A DNA stretch of 64,000 bases, from assembly GCA_021613535.1 (NCBI GenBank), contig CP075496.1, positions 4,092,001 through 4,156,000 of the forward strand, read 5' to 3'. This document shows positions 11,633 through 25,725 of the stretch, piece after piece. The stretch's first letter is position 1. Each line of letters opens with the position of its first letter. This stretch comes from Adineta vaga. Lineage: Eukaryota; Animalia; Rotifera. The notes below the pieces were generated by a model. It had not been told where the DNA came from and ran no database searches. It was given only the letters and a program-made list of their open reading frames with translations. Position numbers and translations under genes: made by a program.

Positions 11633-14600
11633 ATGATTCCGAATCTGACACATTTAGTTTTAATTACTTTGCAACTTTTCACTTCGATTCAAACTCAAAA
11701 TCATATACCCATTGGTAAGTTAATGAATATATTTCATTTCATTTCACTTTACAGTTCATCATTTCAACAGGTTGGTTCATTGATGAAACAGCATCAAATT
11801 ATATCAATGCAGAAACATTTTCTAAAGCTTTACCAGCAGCAATGAATTTAACTGATCAATTTATTTGGCCATTGGATCAACTTAGTTTTCAATCAGTCTA
11901 TGAAAATGTTACTGTATGTGTTTTTTTTTCTCTTATATCTTCTCTTATTTAACTAATTATTTTGATTTTTCATAGGATACAAATATTTATTCAGGTTTTC
12001 ATCGTCGTAAGTTATTTCTCTTTAAATATTCATCAATGATAAATGAAAGAATGATTTATTTGAAATTTAGTTTGTAATCGATTAGAAACTGGTGCAATTG
12101 GTTCAATCTCAAGTATTGACCCTCAAAAAACGCATCTACTCGAATCATTTATGACACGTTTACGTATTTCAATGGTATCATTAAATTATTATAATTATAA
12201 TAAACCTGATATGCATCCATTGCATAAAGTCTATCATTTAACAATGAAAATTGATCTTCTACCAGCGTTAGCAGCATTTATAAAACGTTATTCTGTAACG
12301 AAATTATTTTATATTATTGAAGGTGAAGAAGCATTTGCACGTTTTCAAGCAATGATGGTAGCACAAGCACGAGATAAAAGTTATGATATATTAGATATAC
12401 AAGTTCGACGTTTAACAGATATTAATAATCCAAATCATACGAGAAATTTATTACAAAGCGTTGAAATTAAAGATCGAGGTTCCAAGGAAGAACGTTATAT
12501 TGTCTTGGATTTAAATTATATTAAAAGTTATATTAATCTACTAACACAAGTAAGATATGACATTCGATCAAATTTGAGTAGAAAAATGTTTGAAAGATTT
12601 CATTTCTTAAATCATTGATTTTCTGATGAATGACAAGAACCTAATAGTAGTATGTTAATAAATTGAAGTTTTTATAATTATTTATATGAAACATCATGTA
12701 GATCAGACTGTTTAGAATGCTTCACACTTTTCAGTTATCGACACATGCAAATCACTTGGGAAAAGTTAACAATGGAGAACGTTCTCTATGAGACTTGTCA
12801 TTATCTTTTACGATCTCTCTATAATGTTTCTGTTCATAGAAGAACAATGAAAATTTACTGTAAAAGAGAGAAAATATATTTTGATTGTTTAGATTCGGCA
12901 TCATGGAATGACAACTCCTCATTACCATTATATTTTAATGAGTCCTGTGAGTGAAATATGCATTTTAAAAGCTGAGAAAAAGTGAACTGATTGTGAATTT
13001 TAGGAAGCTGATCGAATTGATATGAGTTTCTTTCGTTATGGTGGTGTTAATGTTACATATTTTCTTCCAAAATCATCGTATCGAATGAATCGTTCAATTA
13101 ATCTTACAACACAAGATCGATTTTCTCTTCCATCTGTATAATTTATTTGATGTTTTTTTCCTTAGAGAATAAACATTCTACTCTTTTAACTTCTAGTTCG
13201 AAAAGAAAGCTCTCGCTGATTCATTATCATTATATATGCGAGCTTTGATGATTCTCGATGAAAGTACACGAATGAAAATTGTTCATTCAGATAGTAATGA
13301 TGAAAATTATGATCATCTGAAGATCGATTGTCGAGCAGCAGATAAACAACATCAACATGAAGATTTCGGTGAAAAACTAGCTACCATCATGCGATCTGTA
13401 AGATTATTTATTATGATATATTTTCAATTGAATATTCTTCTGCTTCTAGCTTTCATTTGAAGGTTATACAGGTCAGATTACATTTAATGAACGTGGCGAA
13501 CGAGTTAACTATACATTACACGTTTATCAAGTAACAATGAATAAACTACCAAAAAATGTAAGATGATTGAACTTATTTATATTGAAAAAAGATGAATTTC
13601 TTTCTTTTTATTTATTATTAGGTGGGAAATTTTACTCATGATCAAATGGCTATGGATGATTTGAAAGTTTTTGAAGGTCGACAAGCACATGATTTCGATA
13701 AAGGACGAGAAAGAATTATAACTACAATCATTGTATGAATCTAACTATTATCTTTAGAGAAAAAAACACAGGATTTTAATCATTTTCTACTCTCTCTTTT
13801 TTTAGGATGAACCATTTACAATGTTGAATCGAACTGTTCTTGGTAATATGACCAATTCCGAAGCGGCAGATAAATATTTTAATTTCGATCAATTGTATGG
13901 TTATTGTGTTGATTTAGCTCGTTTAATATGTGAAAAAAAACTTGAAATACGTTGTAAATTTCGTATTGTAAAAGATCATTCTTTCGGAAATAAGCCGGCA
14001 AGTGATCAGCCATGGACTGGAATTATTGGAGAATTAGTTCGACATGAAGCAGATCTTGCTGTTGCACCATTAACAATAACAAGTGAACGAGAAAGTGTAG
14101 TTGATTTTAGTAAACCCTGGATGAATTTGGGTATTAGTATTCTTATTAGTAAACCAGAAAAACAACCACCAGGTAAGATTTCATATGTTATTTATTGTTT
14201 AATGTACAAGAATATTGTTACAAGGTGTTTTCTCATTTATGGCTCCATTGTCCAAAGAAATTTGGATGTGCGTAACATTTGCATATATTGGTGTTAGTGT
14301 TATCTTATTTCTTGTATCACGTTTTTCACCATATGAATGGAGTATTGAAGATGAAGTCACACCACAATTATCAAATAAATTTTCAATTTTGAATACATTA
14401 TTCTTTGCCTTAGCCGCTTTTATGCAGCAAGGTGTAGATTTCATACCGAGGTAATTGAATTCACTACGAAAAATATCTTAATATAATCTATTTACTATTT
14501 AGATCAATATCTGGTCGACTTGTTGCTAGTGTATGGTGGTACTTTTCTATGATTCTTGTATCGTCATATATGCCAATTTAGGTAAGTGAATTATTTCAGA

Positions 14601-15939
14601 TGATTGAGAGTGTTTGATCCTTAATAATTTGTAGAGTGAAAGATGTAAGATTAACTTGTATTATTTCTAGCTGCTTTTCTCACGGTCGAACGTATGGTTA
14701 CCCCAATTGAAAGTGTAGAAGATTTAGCTCGACAAACAGAAATCAAATATGGTGTTTTACGTGGTGGAGCTACGCAACATTTTTTCGACGTGTGTATTCG
14801 TTTTTAGGGCATGAAAAAGTATACTTTCTTTATCTTTCAGAAATCTGATGTGAAAACTTATCAGCGTATGTGGGCCTATATGCAACAGAGTGATGATGTT
14901 CTAGTTTCCAGTAATGAAGAAGGAATCAATAAAGTTCGGTAAAACAAAAGAATCTTCTTTCAATTCAAATCAATTCTTCAAACTGAAATGCTTTTTTTCT
15001 TCGTTTCTAGGAAAAGTAAAGGAAAATATGCATTTTTACTTGAAGTAAGTTTTAAAAAAATAGACTAAAAATCTTGTACACTTTCTTTTCTAAAATTTCA
15101 AGTCAACAAAAAATGAATATACCAATGAACGTGCTCCATGTGATACCATGAAAATTGGTTCTAATCTTGATTCTAAAGGATATGGAATTGCAACACCAGT
15201 TGGTTCAGAATTACGGTATGAATATTTCGTCATTTTATTCACATCGTATAATCTTGGTTTTAGCGAAGCAATCAATATAGCTGTACTCGAAATGAGTGAA
15301 GATGGTACATTAAATAATCTAAAAAGACAATGGTGGTATAATCAATCAGAATGTCGTAGTAATGCGACCAAAGTATGTCTTCAATATAATTGTTCTTCTT
15401 CATATTTGCACTTATTTTCAAAAACTAAAAGGAATCAAAGCAAAGCAATGCACTTAATCTTGTTAATGTCGCTGGTATATTTTATATATTAATTGGTGGA
15501 TTAGCATTAGCAATTACAATTGCCATATTAGAATTCTTTATCAAAGCAAATATTGAAGCAAAACAAACAAAAGTAAGAAAATAATAGTTAGGATCTGGTT
15601 TTTTTTATTGTAATAAAAATTTTCATTTTAGCATAATTTTCTCGATGTTATGAAACGAAATATGAGATTAAGGTAAATAGGTTTTATATTGCATTAACCA
15701 AGAGAAAATATAGTGATCTTTTTTTAGTATTGCTGGTGTTGATTTAGAAGAAAAATCACCCGAAATCTATATGTATAAGTTTCCTGTACAAGAAAATTTT
15801 CATGTAAAATAGTTTCTCATTGTTATGAAAGAGTATAATCATGTTTTCATTTTTTGTTTAGAGTTCAGATCCATTATTTGATGAGCACGCTCGTATTGGT
15901 ACTACTAATCATATCAATGGAAACCAAAGTCAAGTTTAA
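11633..15939 (+). CDS. AMPA-type ionotropic glutamate receptor subunit (apparent 1-nt frameshift in M3)
   Basis: Multi-exon gene: signal peptide, N-terminal domain, S1 (YGYCVDL; [20 protein letters not shown]), M1, pore FMQQG, M3 SSY[T][13 protein letters not shown]2 (YAFLLESTKNEY; [21 protein letters not shown]; WWYNQSEC), M4. C-terminus ends NQSQV*. Confidence 0.9.
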
Positions 15940-16814
15940 TAATAATAATAATAAAAGGATTTTCCATTTTTTATTTCCTAAAAAAACGTTTATTCCACAT
16001 CTTTTATGTAAATTTAAATAAAAACAAAAGTAATCTATTCTTTTTGAACAAAAAGACATATCAAAAGTTTTACACGATCAGAAATATGATTTTATCGTAC
16101 GTCATTTGTCACGCAATATTTCATTCACTAGAATCAATTTTCCTTTGACATTGTTCATAAATAAAAACCTTCGCATGTGACACATAGTGAAGATAATATT
16201 CAGTTGTAATTATAGTCTTATCAAATTACTAGAATTCATTCAGGTAATACTTAAATATGCTGTTGAACGAACGATTGTTATGTCATAGTATTAATTATTC
16301 ATTAAAAATGATGAAGAAAATTTATTTCTGAAAATTCAGCTTGATTAATGAATAGAGAACGATGCGAAAGATTAGAAGGAAAAGAAAAGAAAGAGTTGGA
16401 ATATACTTTCTGTAATCATGTAAATACAGAAATATTCAGATATTAACACATAGGTAAGCTTTTAATTTAGTCATTGCAGAGTTTATTAGAGGAGATATTA
16501 ATTTTTCGACCGTTAAATGAAAGAAGTCAAATATGAATACAAATAAAATCAATGATTTGTCTATGAAATTTTCCAATTATTTATTTCTTGTTTGAACATA
16601 TTTAAAAAAACAATTCAAATGTTTTCTTTTTCTTCCATAAAGACATATCACTCAGAGATATATGAACAAAGGTAAATAATAAGATACAAAAAGAAAGAAA
16701 AGATCTTAGTAAGAAAAATGTTTTTGTATACACACATTGTCTGTTCGAATGCTAAATGATTTGGAATTTCGAGAAATATCAACGAAATAGAAAGAAGCAA
16801 AACGGAACTGAAAA

Positions 16815-19019
16815 CTACAAAGGATTTGCATCAGATGATGATGAAGGTTGATCAGATGTAGACGATTGTTGTTTTGTCAAGTTTTCAACATATTCTATTT
16901 GTGACATGGCAAGAACTTGTTGCATTAATGACTCATCATCGTCGATAGGATCTAAATGAGAAAATGTTCAAACTTGAATAATATCGTATTGATTTCATAC
17001 CAGAATTTGTTGACGAATCACCTTCGTAATGAAATGGTAAAGCAAATTCACAATCTTTTCGTTCTTCTAATTTTAATGGTAAGAAATTGGTCGTCGAGTT
17101 TTCTGTAATAAAAGATTCAAGTTTGCTTTGAGATTTTCTTGGAATAGTTCACTCTACCTTCAGTTATATGTGAACTTGTAGCTGATGAATTTGACGCAGA
17201 TGTCTATTAGATAGAAACTCTAATTATTATCTATTGAAATTGACGTAATTTAAATGCAATCTTGTTGATTTTTATTCTAATAGAATCAAATCTCTTTTAT
17301 AACTTATTATAAAGTCAAAATTATTTGCATATAATTGTCTTTCATTAGTTTTATATTCACATATACATAGTTCTGACTGGGCAACAAGTGTTCATTCAAC
17401 ATGTGATCGAGTGATAGTTGATAGACATCATAGAAATGTAGCAAGAAATTCATATCCTAGTTTGTATGATGATGTGACCTCTTTAGAAGCTCTATTCAAA
17501 TGATGTATAGGTATATACATACTATTTTATTATCTTTAGATTGTTGATTTGTATCACACAGCCATTGTAAATATGATTCTCTTGCAATTTGTTGCATAAG
17601 TTCATCTTGTGTAGCTTCCCAATCAGTAGCAGCTAATTTATCATCAAGCATTGCTCTTTCGATATGGCTCTCTTCAGATTGTTGTAATGCTGTGACGATT
17701 AAGGATTGTTGAGCATGCTAAATATCAAATTTTATATAGAATAAAAAATAAGAACACTTAAAAAAAGACTATTAGCATTCATACGCCTGGTTCAAGATCG
17801 GGTAATCCAAGGCCATGACCAGCTGTTGGTCTCCAAGGATCAATGATTGAATTGTAATGTACACCACAATGATAACTTAAACGAATTGGTTCATTGTCAG
17901 TTTTATACATTCCATGAACAACATTAATAGGTTCTTTACATAGATAGAGACAAAGCAATTCAATCGTATGAGAAAAAAAACTATATTCGAAAATTACCTG
18001 TACTATATTCATAAACTTCAATAGGTCGATTATACAATTCTGAAAGAGCAATCATTTCAATATGATTTCCATGGCAATTTTGTCGTCGTTTTCTTGATAT
18101 ATATCGATCAAAATCTTCGGTTATATATTCACGAAAGAAATCAGCATTTTTAACCTGGAAAAAAAAACAAGACAAGAATGTCTTCGATTATAACATATAA
18201 ATGATAGATGATCTTACAATATAGTCCATACAATTGTGACGTACTGTTGCATGCATTTCTTCATCACCGAATACTTGATCCGCTAAAAAGGGAAAGAAAA
18301 GTTCATAGAATTAGAAAAAAACGTTTTCGTTACTTACACACTGCTCGAAATAGACATGCTCCATCTTCTTGAACCGATTTAATAACAAAACCTTTTTTTT
18401 CTTTTAAATTTTGAATAAAACGCATTTCAATCTAAACAGATCATAAAATATTCTTTAACAACTATTAGGTTCCGATGAAATTACGTACTTCATTGAGATT
18501 ATTTCGATCATACTTTACTGTAGTACTAGGCTCATGTTCATCTTCACTATTACATGGATCAGCTTCGCTGATTTGTTGATGATTCATTGTCGTAGTTGAC
18601 GAAGATGTCACATTATTTTCTAGTGAATCTTCTTCATTTGATGAGCTATTATTAGAATTTGAAGAATGATTTCCTTCAATTGAAGTACGTCTTCGTCTCG
18701 TTTGTCTATTGATTGTTTGTGACAATTGCTGATGCTGTTGATAATTATGTGATTTTCGTTTGGAGTTAGTTGAAAAGATCGGTGGTGATGATGTTGTTAT
18801 CATTGTATGTAAATTGTTCGTTGCTATTGCAGATGATAATTCATTATTTGATTCATTGGAATCAGCGATTGAATTTATTTCATTCGAATGTTCATTATCA
18901 CGTGATGGACGTGTTCGAGTTGATACAGTTGTTTGTTGTTGTTGTTGTTGTTGTTGGTTTCCTGGTGAATCTTTATTGTTAGTATTATTCGAAGGTTTTT
19001 TAGTTGATAAAACTGTCAT
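16815..19019 (-). CDS. OTUD5: OTU deubiquitinase OTUD5/DUBA
   Basis: N-terminal MTVLSTKKP; NSEDE phospho-motif (human Ser177 equivalent); catalytic [11 protein letters not shown]; [21 protein letters not shown]; [14 protein letters not shown]; C-terminal UIM-like [11 protein letters not shown]. Confidence 0.92.
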
Positions 19020-21177
19020 ATTTAAATTGTTTGCATTAGCGATATACCCGAAAAAATAGAATCTAAAAAATAAAACTTTAATTGACAATTCTATTCTATT
19101 TATTTGACTCAATCGATGATGTATATGTATATGTATTACATATTTAGTTTAGATTTCTCTTCATCTTCTATCGATTCGCTGTATGATTAGTAATATCAAC
19201 TTAGATATGAAGAAAAAGAAATCTTTAAAAAAAATATTTTTCTTGTCTTTTTATTTTATTTGTTTGTAGTTTGGAATAGATTTTATTTAAGTAAATTTAC
19301 AGTTTTTATATATTTAGATGTCGCTATATGTCAGAAAAGAATATTTTCGACTTTTTTTTCGTAGGCATTAATTCAAATATTTATGAAATAGATTTATCGA
19401 AGAATGATGAAATTTTCTTCGAGAAATGAGATTCCCATTTGTTCTTTTTTAGAGGATATTAAGTAAAGATGATGGTAGGAATAATTCTCTCTTCTCTCGT
19501 TCGTTCGCTCGTTTTGAGCGCATACAGATATAGATAACTTTTTTTTGACAATTTCTTCTTCTTCTTCATTTATTCGTCTTATTTCGCATCTTTATTGATG
19601 TTATGCTTTATCATTTTATTTCTCTTCAACTAATCGAATTATCTATGATAACAATGAATCTATCATAATCGAAACAGCGATCCGGTAAGTTAAAACAAGT
19701 TAAACGCATTCTATTGCTGTATAGCATGTCTTTTTCTGTATACTAATATGAGTAAACCCAAGTATTTACTGATTCAATGATGTCTAACACGTAATGTATA
19801 TATATATATATATATACATTTGCATAATAGTGATAAGCATCCACATAGTTCTCTCCTTCTCTTTTGAATATTATATACATTTTTTTTCAAACGGAATGTA
19901 TATATATATAAATACGAAAGCGTGAAGCGTACAAATGTATGAATGAACTTGATATATAATATATATATGTATATATTTATATTTATATAAACAGTATTTT
20001 AATTGATGACGGTGACACCAAAGGAAGTCCAAGAAATGCTCTCATTCTTTGTCGTTATATATATACATATATGTTCATATATGTTCATGTGTGTCACTTC
20101 ATTATTTCCTCCCCCCTGTTTACAGAAGAAGACGTCGAGACTCGAAATAAGAGAAACGACGAATAGACTATATGTGTATGTGTACGAATGAATGTATGTC
20201 TGTGACCTATCGGCATAGTATATATGCACGTAGCACATACTAACATAAATGGGATCTTTTTATGCTACAGGCACAATCGTCCAACCAAGAAGAGCAGAAT
20301 AAGAAAAAGATGGAGAGAAAGCACATCGTTCTTTGTTTATCGACAGACGCCGGTCGAAGCTGAGAAGGGATAGAAAAAGAAAATATCTGCTAGATATACG
20401 CCCCTTTATGCTCCTGTTCTGTCTATTGACGTTGGTATCAGATGCTGGTAATGCTGCCGCCTGTGTTGGCAGCAGCAGCAGCAATATCAACAATGTATGA
20501 GCAGATCGAAATATTGGTAGGAGACGTGGATCTTCTTAATACTAATACAACTGTTCTTTCACTCATCATCACTTGTCATTGTGTCGGTATTTCTATTGAT
20601 ATTTCATCATTGTCCTCGTCTAATCGTGCTACACACGTGTGCGACGTTGCGAGATAACCATCGCCGCGTCGATCATTCTTATTTATCATCATTATTCTTA
20701 CTATATTGCATCGCGTTGCCCCCGAAAAAAAGAAGACGACGACAACTATTACTACTACTACTACGCTTTTGCTTCTCCTTTTTTTTCTTCGATTACTTCG
20801 TGCGAGAAAAATCGGCGACAGTAATAACACAAACAACTAGTTGGTAGGTGCTTCATACATCTATTCGGTCGAGTTTTCTTTTTTTACATTCATCTATAGC
20901 CTTCTTCTTCTCTTTCTTCTTCTCCCTCCTTCTCTCTCTCTCTCTTAAATACTCATTGTCTTGAAACCCATATCGATGAATAGTATCTGCACATCAAGAA
21001 ACAAAAGTACCGATCACGAATGAGTCGAAGAATCAATGATACCAGACAATAATACTAACGAAGATTGATTGTTTAGATTAGACAATTTTTAGTTCTTCTT
21101 CATTTTTTCTTTTAAACTAACATAAATTATCATCTTTTTCTCATCTACTTTCTAGAACATCTTGTTTATTTTTCACT

Positions 21178-24100
21178 ATGTTTTCATTTTTGAAAAAAAA
21201 GTAAGTCATTTCGAAATAAAAATAAACAATTACATTTTTATACAACAAAATTTTTTGTTTTTCATATAGAAAAGTAAAAAAAACCGATAACACACAACAA
21301 CAGCATCAGCAGCAGCAACATCAGCATCAAATTCCCATAATTAATGAAAATAAAGAGAACTTATTAACTCGAACTGCCAAACAACAGTATCATCGTGATA
21401 ATGAATCAGGTGGTTTCGATTATTCATCATCTGTCGTTTCACCACAATCGATATCGAAGAAAGCTTCCTGTTCACCTCGTACATCATCACCAATCATACA
21501 TGACAAAAATCTTTCAACATTTCGTGCAAATCCAGATCAAACATCGAAAATTCACATTGATGTTAGTCATAATCCATCAGATAAATTATTACTTATATGT
21601 GATTCAAGTGAATCAAGTCCGCATTATTTAACAGATATAGCTTTGTCTAGTTTACCAACACATAAAGTAAATATGATTATACTTTTATATCTCATTCAAA
21701 CAAATGTCAAATGAAAAATAAAATAGAACACATACATATATATTTGTTTAGACGAAAATTCCTTCGTCAGTTTCTTCTTCTTGTTCTTCGACAGAAAATC
21801 GGAAGGTGATTTGTGTTCTTAGAGGCTAAACTAATACATTAAACTATTAGTTATGACTAACAAAGCGTATTAAGTATCGGCGAGACATATATTAATTAGA
21901 AGAATCCTAGACAAATTATCACAAGAATTCTTATTTAGTTTCTTTCTTTTTGTCTTTCTTTCTTAGAGCTGTCACGTGAGTACGACAGGCACAACATCAC
22001 CAAGTCAAATAGGTGCAAGTGATTTGAATCGAATATTAACGTCAGGTTATATTAATGGTGAAGAAAATATGGGTTATATGAGACGAGCTGGTGATCATAT
22101 AGCTTCACATACCAAATCACCACACTTTCATCGACCAAGTAAATCTATTTTCCTTTTGATTTCTTTTCATTAGTGCGAGAAAGTATTCTCAAAGGAATTT
22201 AGTTTAGTAGAACAACACTTGTTCTTTTATGTTGATTGAATTTATAAAGAGAATCTGAATAAGATTTGCTTGACTGATCGATTTCGTTGTGTAATAAAAG
22301 ATGGGTGTAGAATAATGACGCAAGAAACAAGCAAAAAACATGTTGAACATAACAATAATTTGTTTCGCTTGAAATAGTATCGATAGAATTTCTGTTACTA
22401 CCTTATGGTAATGATATCGGTTACACGAATTGACAAAAGAATGAAAAAAAGAAATCGATTGAATAATCAGCAAGTCGACACACCCAATTCTTTTATTTCA
22501 TTTTCTATATATATATATATGAGAGGTTCAATTTCTTTTCTTTTTTGATTATTGGATTTATTCAATGATCATTATATCTTAATATTCAATCTACAGCTGA
22601 TGATAGGAAATTTTCTTTTTTCCCCTTCTTCTGCTATTCGTCCGTATGTTTCCTTAGTTGAGGATATAAGAGAAGAAAAGCGAAGAAGGAAGAGACAGAG
22701 AGGGGAAAAGTCAGTTAGAGTGTAACGAACAAACGATGCAAGCAAAAAGGAACAGAAAAATAACAATATCTACATGCATCAGTCAACTTGACGACCTTGT
22801 TAGAAATGAACACACAGAGCGAATCATATTTGTTCAAGAGATTCGAATACGATAGCTCAAAAATATGGAAGTAGGAACATTGTAGAAAACATTAACAGTA
22901 ACTATAGCAGATGTCGAGAACGAAATAAGAAAAAAGGAACGAGAGATGGAGAGAGACTTAGAGGGAAGAAGACGGAAAGAAAAAAAGAGAAATAGAAAAA
23001 AACAATTTTGCCTTGTGTCTGTCTGTCTGTCTATATGCAAGTAGTATTAATAACGCAGCGATAAGACGAAGAAGACGACAACCATTGAAACGATCAATAA
23101 TGTTGATGGTTCACCATCCTCATCATTATCAGCAAACTTCATCGCCACGAAAAGAAATGGGTAGGTGTTAGTGAAAAGACCTTGCTGTCATGTTGCTTTC
23201 TATCATCATTCATGCTTGAAGCAAAAAAAATAAACAATATAGAATGATGCCAATTGATTCTGCCACATATCGATCGATGTTTTCTCCTTATCCTTTTAGA
23301 ATTTGACTTAATAGATCATCAATCTATTGTATATGTTAGTCCTATCTACACATCCGTATGCACGTATGTGTTCACTTGACCAGTATACTTAACTTTACAG
23401 ATGATGAATGTTGCTGATGATGATGTAATATAGCGAAGCCTTTTTCTTATTGCTTGTCGAAAGGTCCAAGAGCAATCGCTAAGTGGCACATTGTCTGCAG
23501 GCGATTATGATACACATACAACTCTATAATCGGCTTTACGTGTGTGTGTGTGTGTATGCATGCATATATTTATGTATGGTAGAAAAAGAGAATATGTACA
23601 AATGCATATATTCATACGTCACGTAAAGAGACTTCGTTTAGTACAGATCATGAAAAAAAAAGAATTTTCCATCAATTGTTATCTGATTTCTTCGAATATA
23701 ATTTGACTAATACCAGAAAAAGGATTAGACAGATGTTAAATATCATTGTTAAATATTAAAACTAGATTAATAAAATAGAATAATTGTTTTGATGTACTCA
23801 AGACATAGAAATGAAACAATAACAATCGATAAATGTTTACGATCGTGAAAAGAAAAGAAAAAAAGAAAAACTTTTGTTTGATTTCTTTTTTAGTGGGTTT
23901 TTCCTACAATCGAACACAACCATTTAGTGTACCAGGAACTAAGAAAGGCATGAAAGCTTTAGTCACTGGTATGTTTGCAATTCTTTTTCTTACCAATTAT
24001 TCTTCAGAAAAAAATACATCAATCAATTGTTACTTGTAGGTCAAACTAAAATTCGTAAGATACATTGTTCAGTACCTCATACAGCCTCACCTCTTTCATC

Positions 24101-25725
24101 ACAATCAATATCTTCCACACCGAAAACTGCAATTCATGATTCAACAACAACTCCTTCTCATCATTCGGTACCAACAGTCGAAGAAGAACCAATTGTTCTA
24201 TCACGTTATTCAGGTGGATTTATTCCCGATCCAACTGCACCAAAGAAAATTGAATCACTCGATTGGCCAGCACCTATTGCCCTTCAAGCTGTACCAGAAT
24301 TGATGAAATCCCATCGTAGTCGAAGTGAATCTCGTACAGAATCCCGTCCTACTCGTTCTCACCATCATAGTCAAAGTACCCATGCTACAACATATACATT
24401 ATCTCCTTCCTCTCCGCCTCCACAACTCTCAGTAGCTTCCAATGATCATGATCAACAACCGACTATTGATGATATTACTATAACCAGTGGAAATTTCGAT
24501 GATGGGGACGAAGATTCTATAGCTGATGGTGAAATTCGTCATGATATGCAATTAGAAAAAGATATCGATATGATGACAAAATTAAAAGATACGTCAGGTA
24601 TGGCACATGCTTTACTCGAAGATTTACGTGTTCAGGAAAAGTTTATCTCGAGACAATTACCACTTGATCCATGGAAAGCTTCTCGTTCACCATCGGCAGC
24701 AGTTGAACCACCGCGACGTTGTCGTTTTGAATCACCAAAATTTGCGTCACCATCAAGACGTGTACATACCCATTCATCATCGACGACTAATCCAGATGAA
24801 AGTCTTGCCGGTTTATCAACATCAATATCAACGACACCAGCCGGTGGTAAACGTGTCACATTACCCAGATATCAACAACAAGGTACGAAATGTAAATCTT
24901 ATCAAAAGACGTGTTTTAGACTTTAATCCAAAGAAAATTTAGGTTTTATTGCATATGATTTTATCAGACAGACACCAGGTTTGATCAGAGAATTTCCGTT
25001 TTAACATTTTTCACGCATTTTGACACGCATCTCCTTTCCGTTTGATAAAAACAGCTTTTGTCTCTTTCTTCTTCATTATTGAAACGAGACATGAAATATG
25101 TTTTAGTTCTTCGACCGGGTTATGGTTTAACACCATCGCCTAAAGCACAAACCTTACCAACATGTCGAGATATGCAAAGAAGTTGTGATCTTGATTCTAC
25201 TGATCTTGGAACAACTCATTCATATTGTAAATATAAGAGATTTCTTTTAATTATATCTACTAATGAGAATTTTTCATTTAGATTCAAATGATATAGATCA
25301 AAATAAATCAATCAAGGTAATGATAACATTAAATATCAAATGAATTCATATTTGAAATATATGTATTTTCTAGACAGTTGATGTCGGTGGTGGTCGTGAT
25401 CAAACATATTTAGATTCACAACATGCACATTCAACCCGTTCTGCGCCAACATTAATTAGTAATCCGAAATTATATACCTATGAAGAATTAAAGATAATGT
25501 CTAAAAAACGTTTACCGTCCGATGTCGATCGAGATCGTCTCGAGGTAGGTGATCATGAAAATGAAATTATGTTTTCTCTATATATTCTTTTATTTGTTTT
25601 CTTTTCCATAGCGTCATCTGTCTGATAATGAATTTCATACGTTATTCCAAATGACACGATCGGATTTTTACCGTCTACCCGAATGGCGTCGTATTGATCT
25701 GAAAAAGCGCTTCAAACTTTTTTGA
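21178..25725 (+). CDS. AbLIM/UNC-115/dematin-family protein with a villin headpiece and no visible LIM domains
   Basis: SPHFHRP, SRYSGG..P..PKKIESLDWPAP and DPWKASRSPSA...RFESPKFASPSR (AbLIM anchor region). C-terminal villin headpiece YTYEEL...LPSDVDRDRLERHLSDNEF...FYRLPEWRRIDLKKRFKLF*. Confidence 0.8.

Noticed and set aside
14419-14433. Q/R editing site of the glutamate receptor
   Set aside because: The genomic codon is CAG (Gln), but the following intron is only about 50 nt and shows no editing-complementary sequence, so there is no support for editing.
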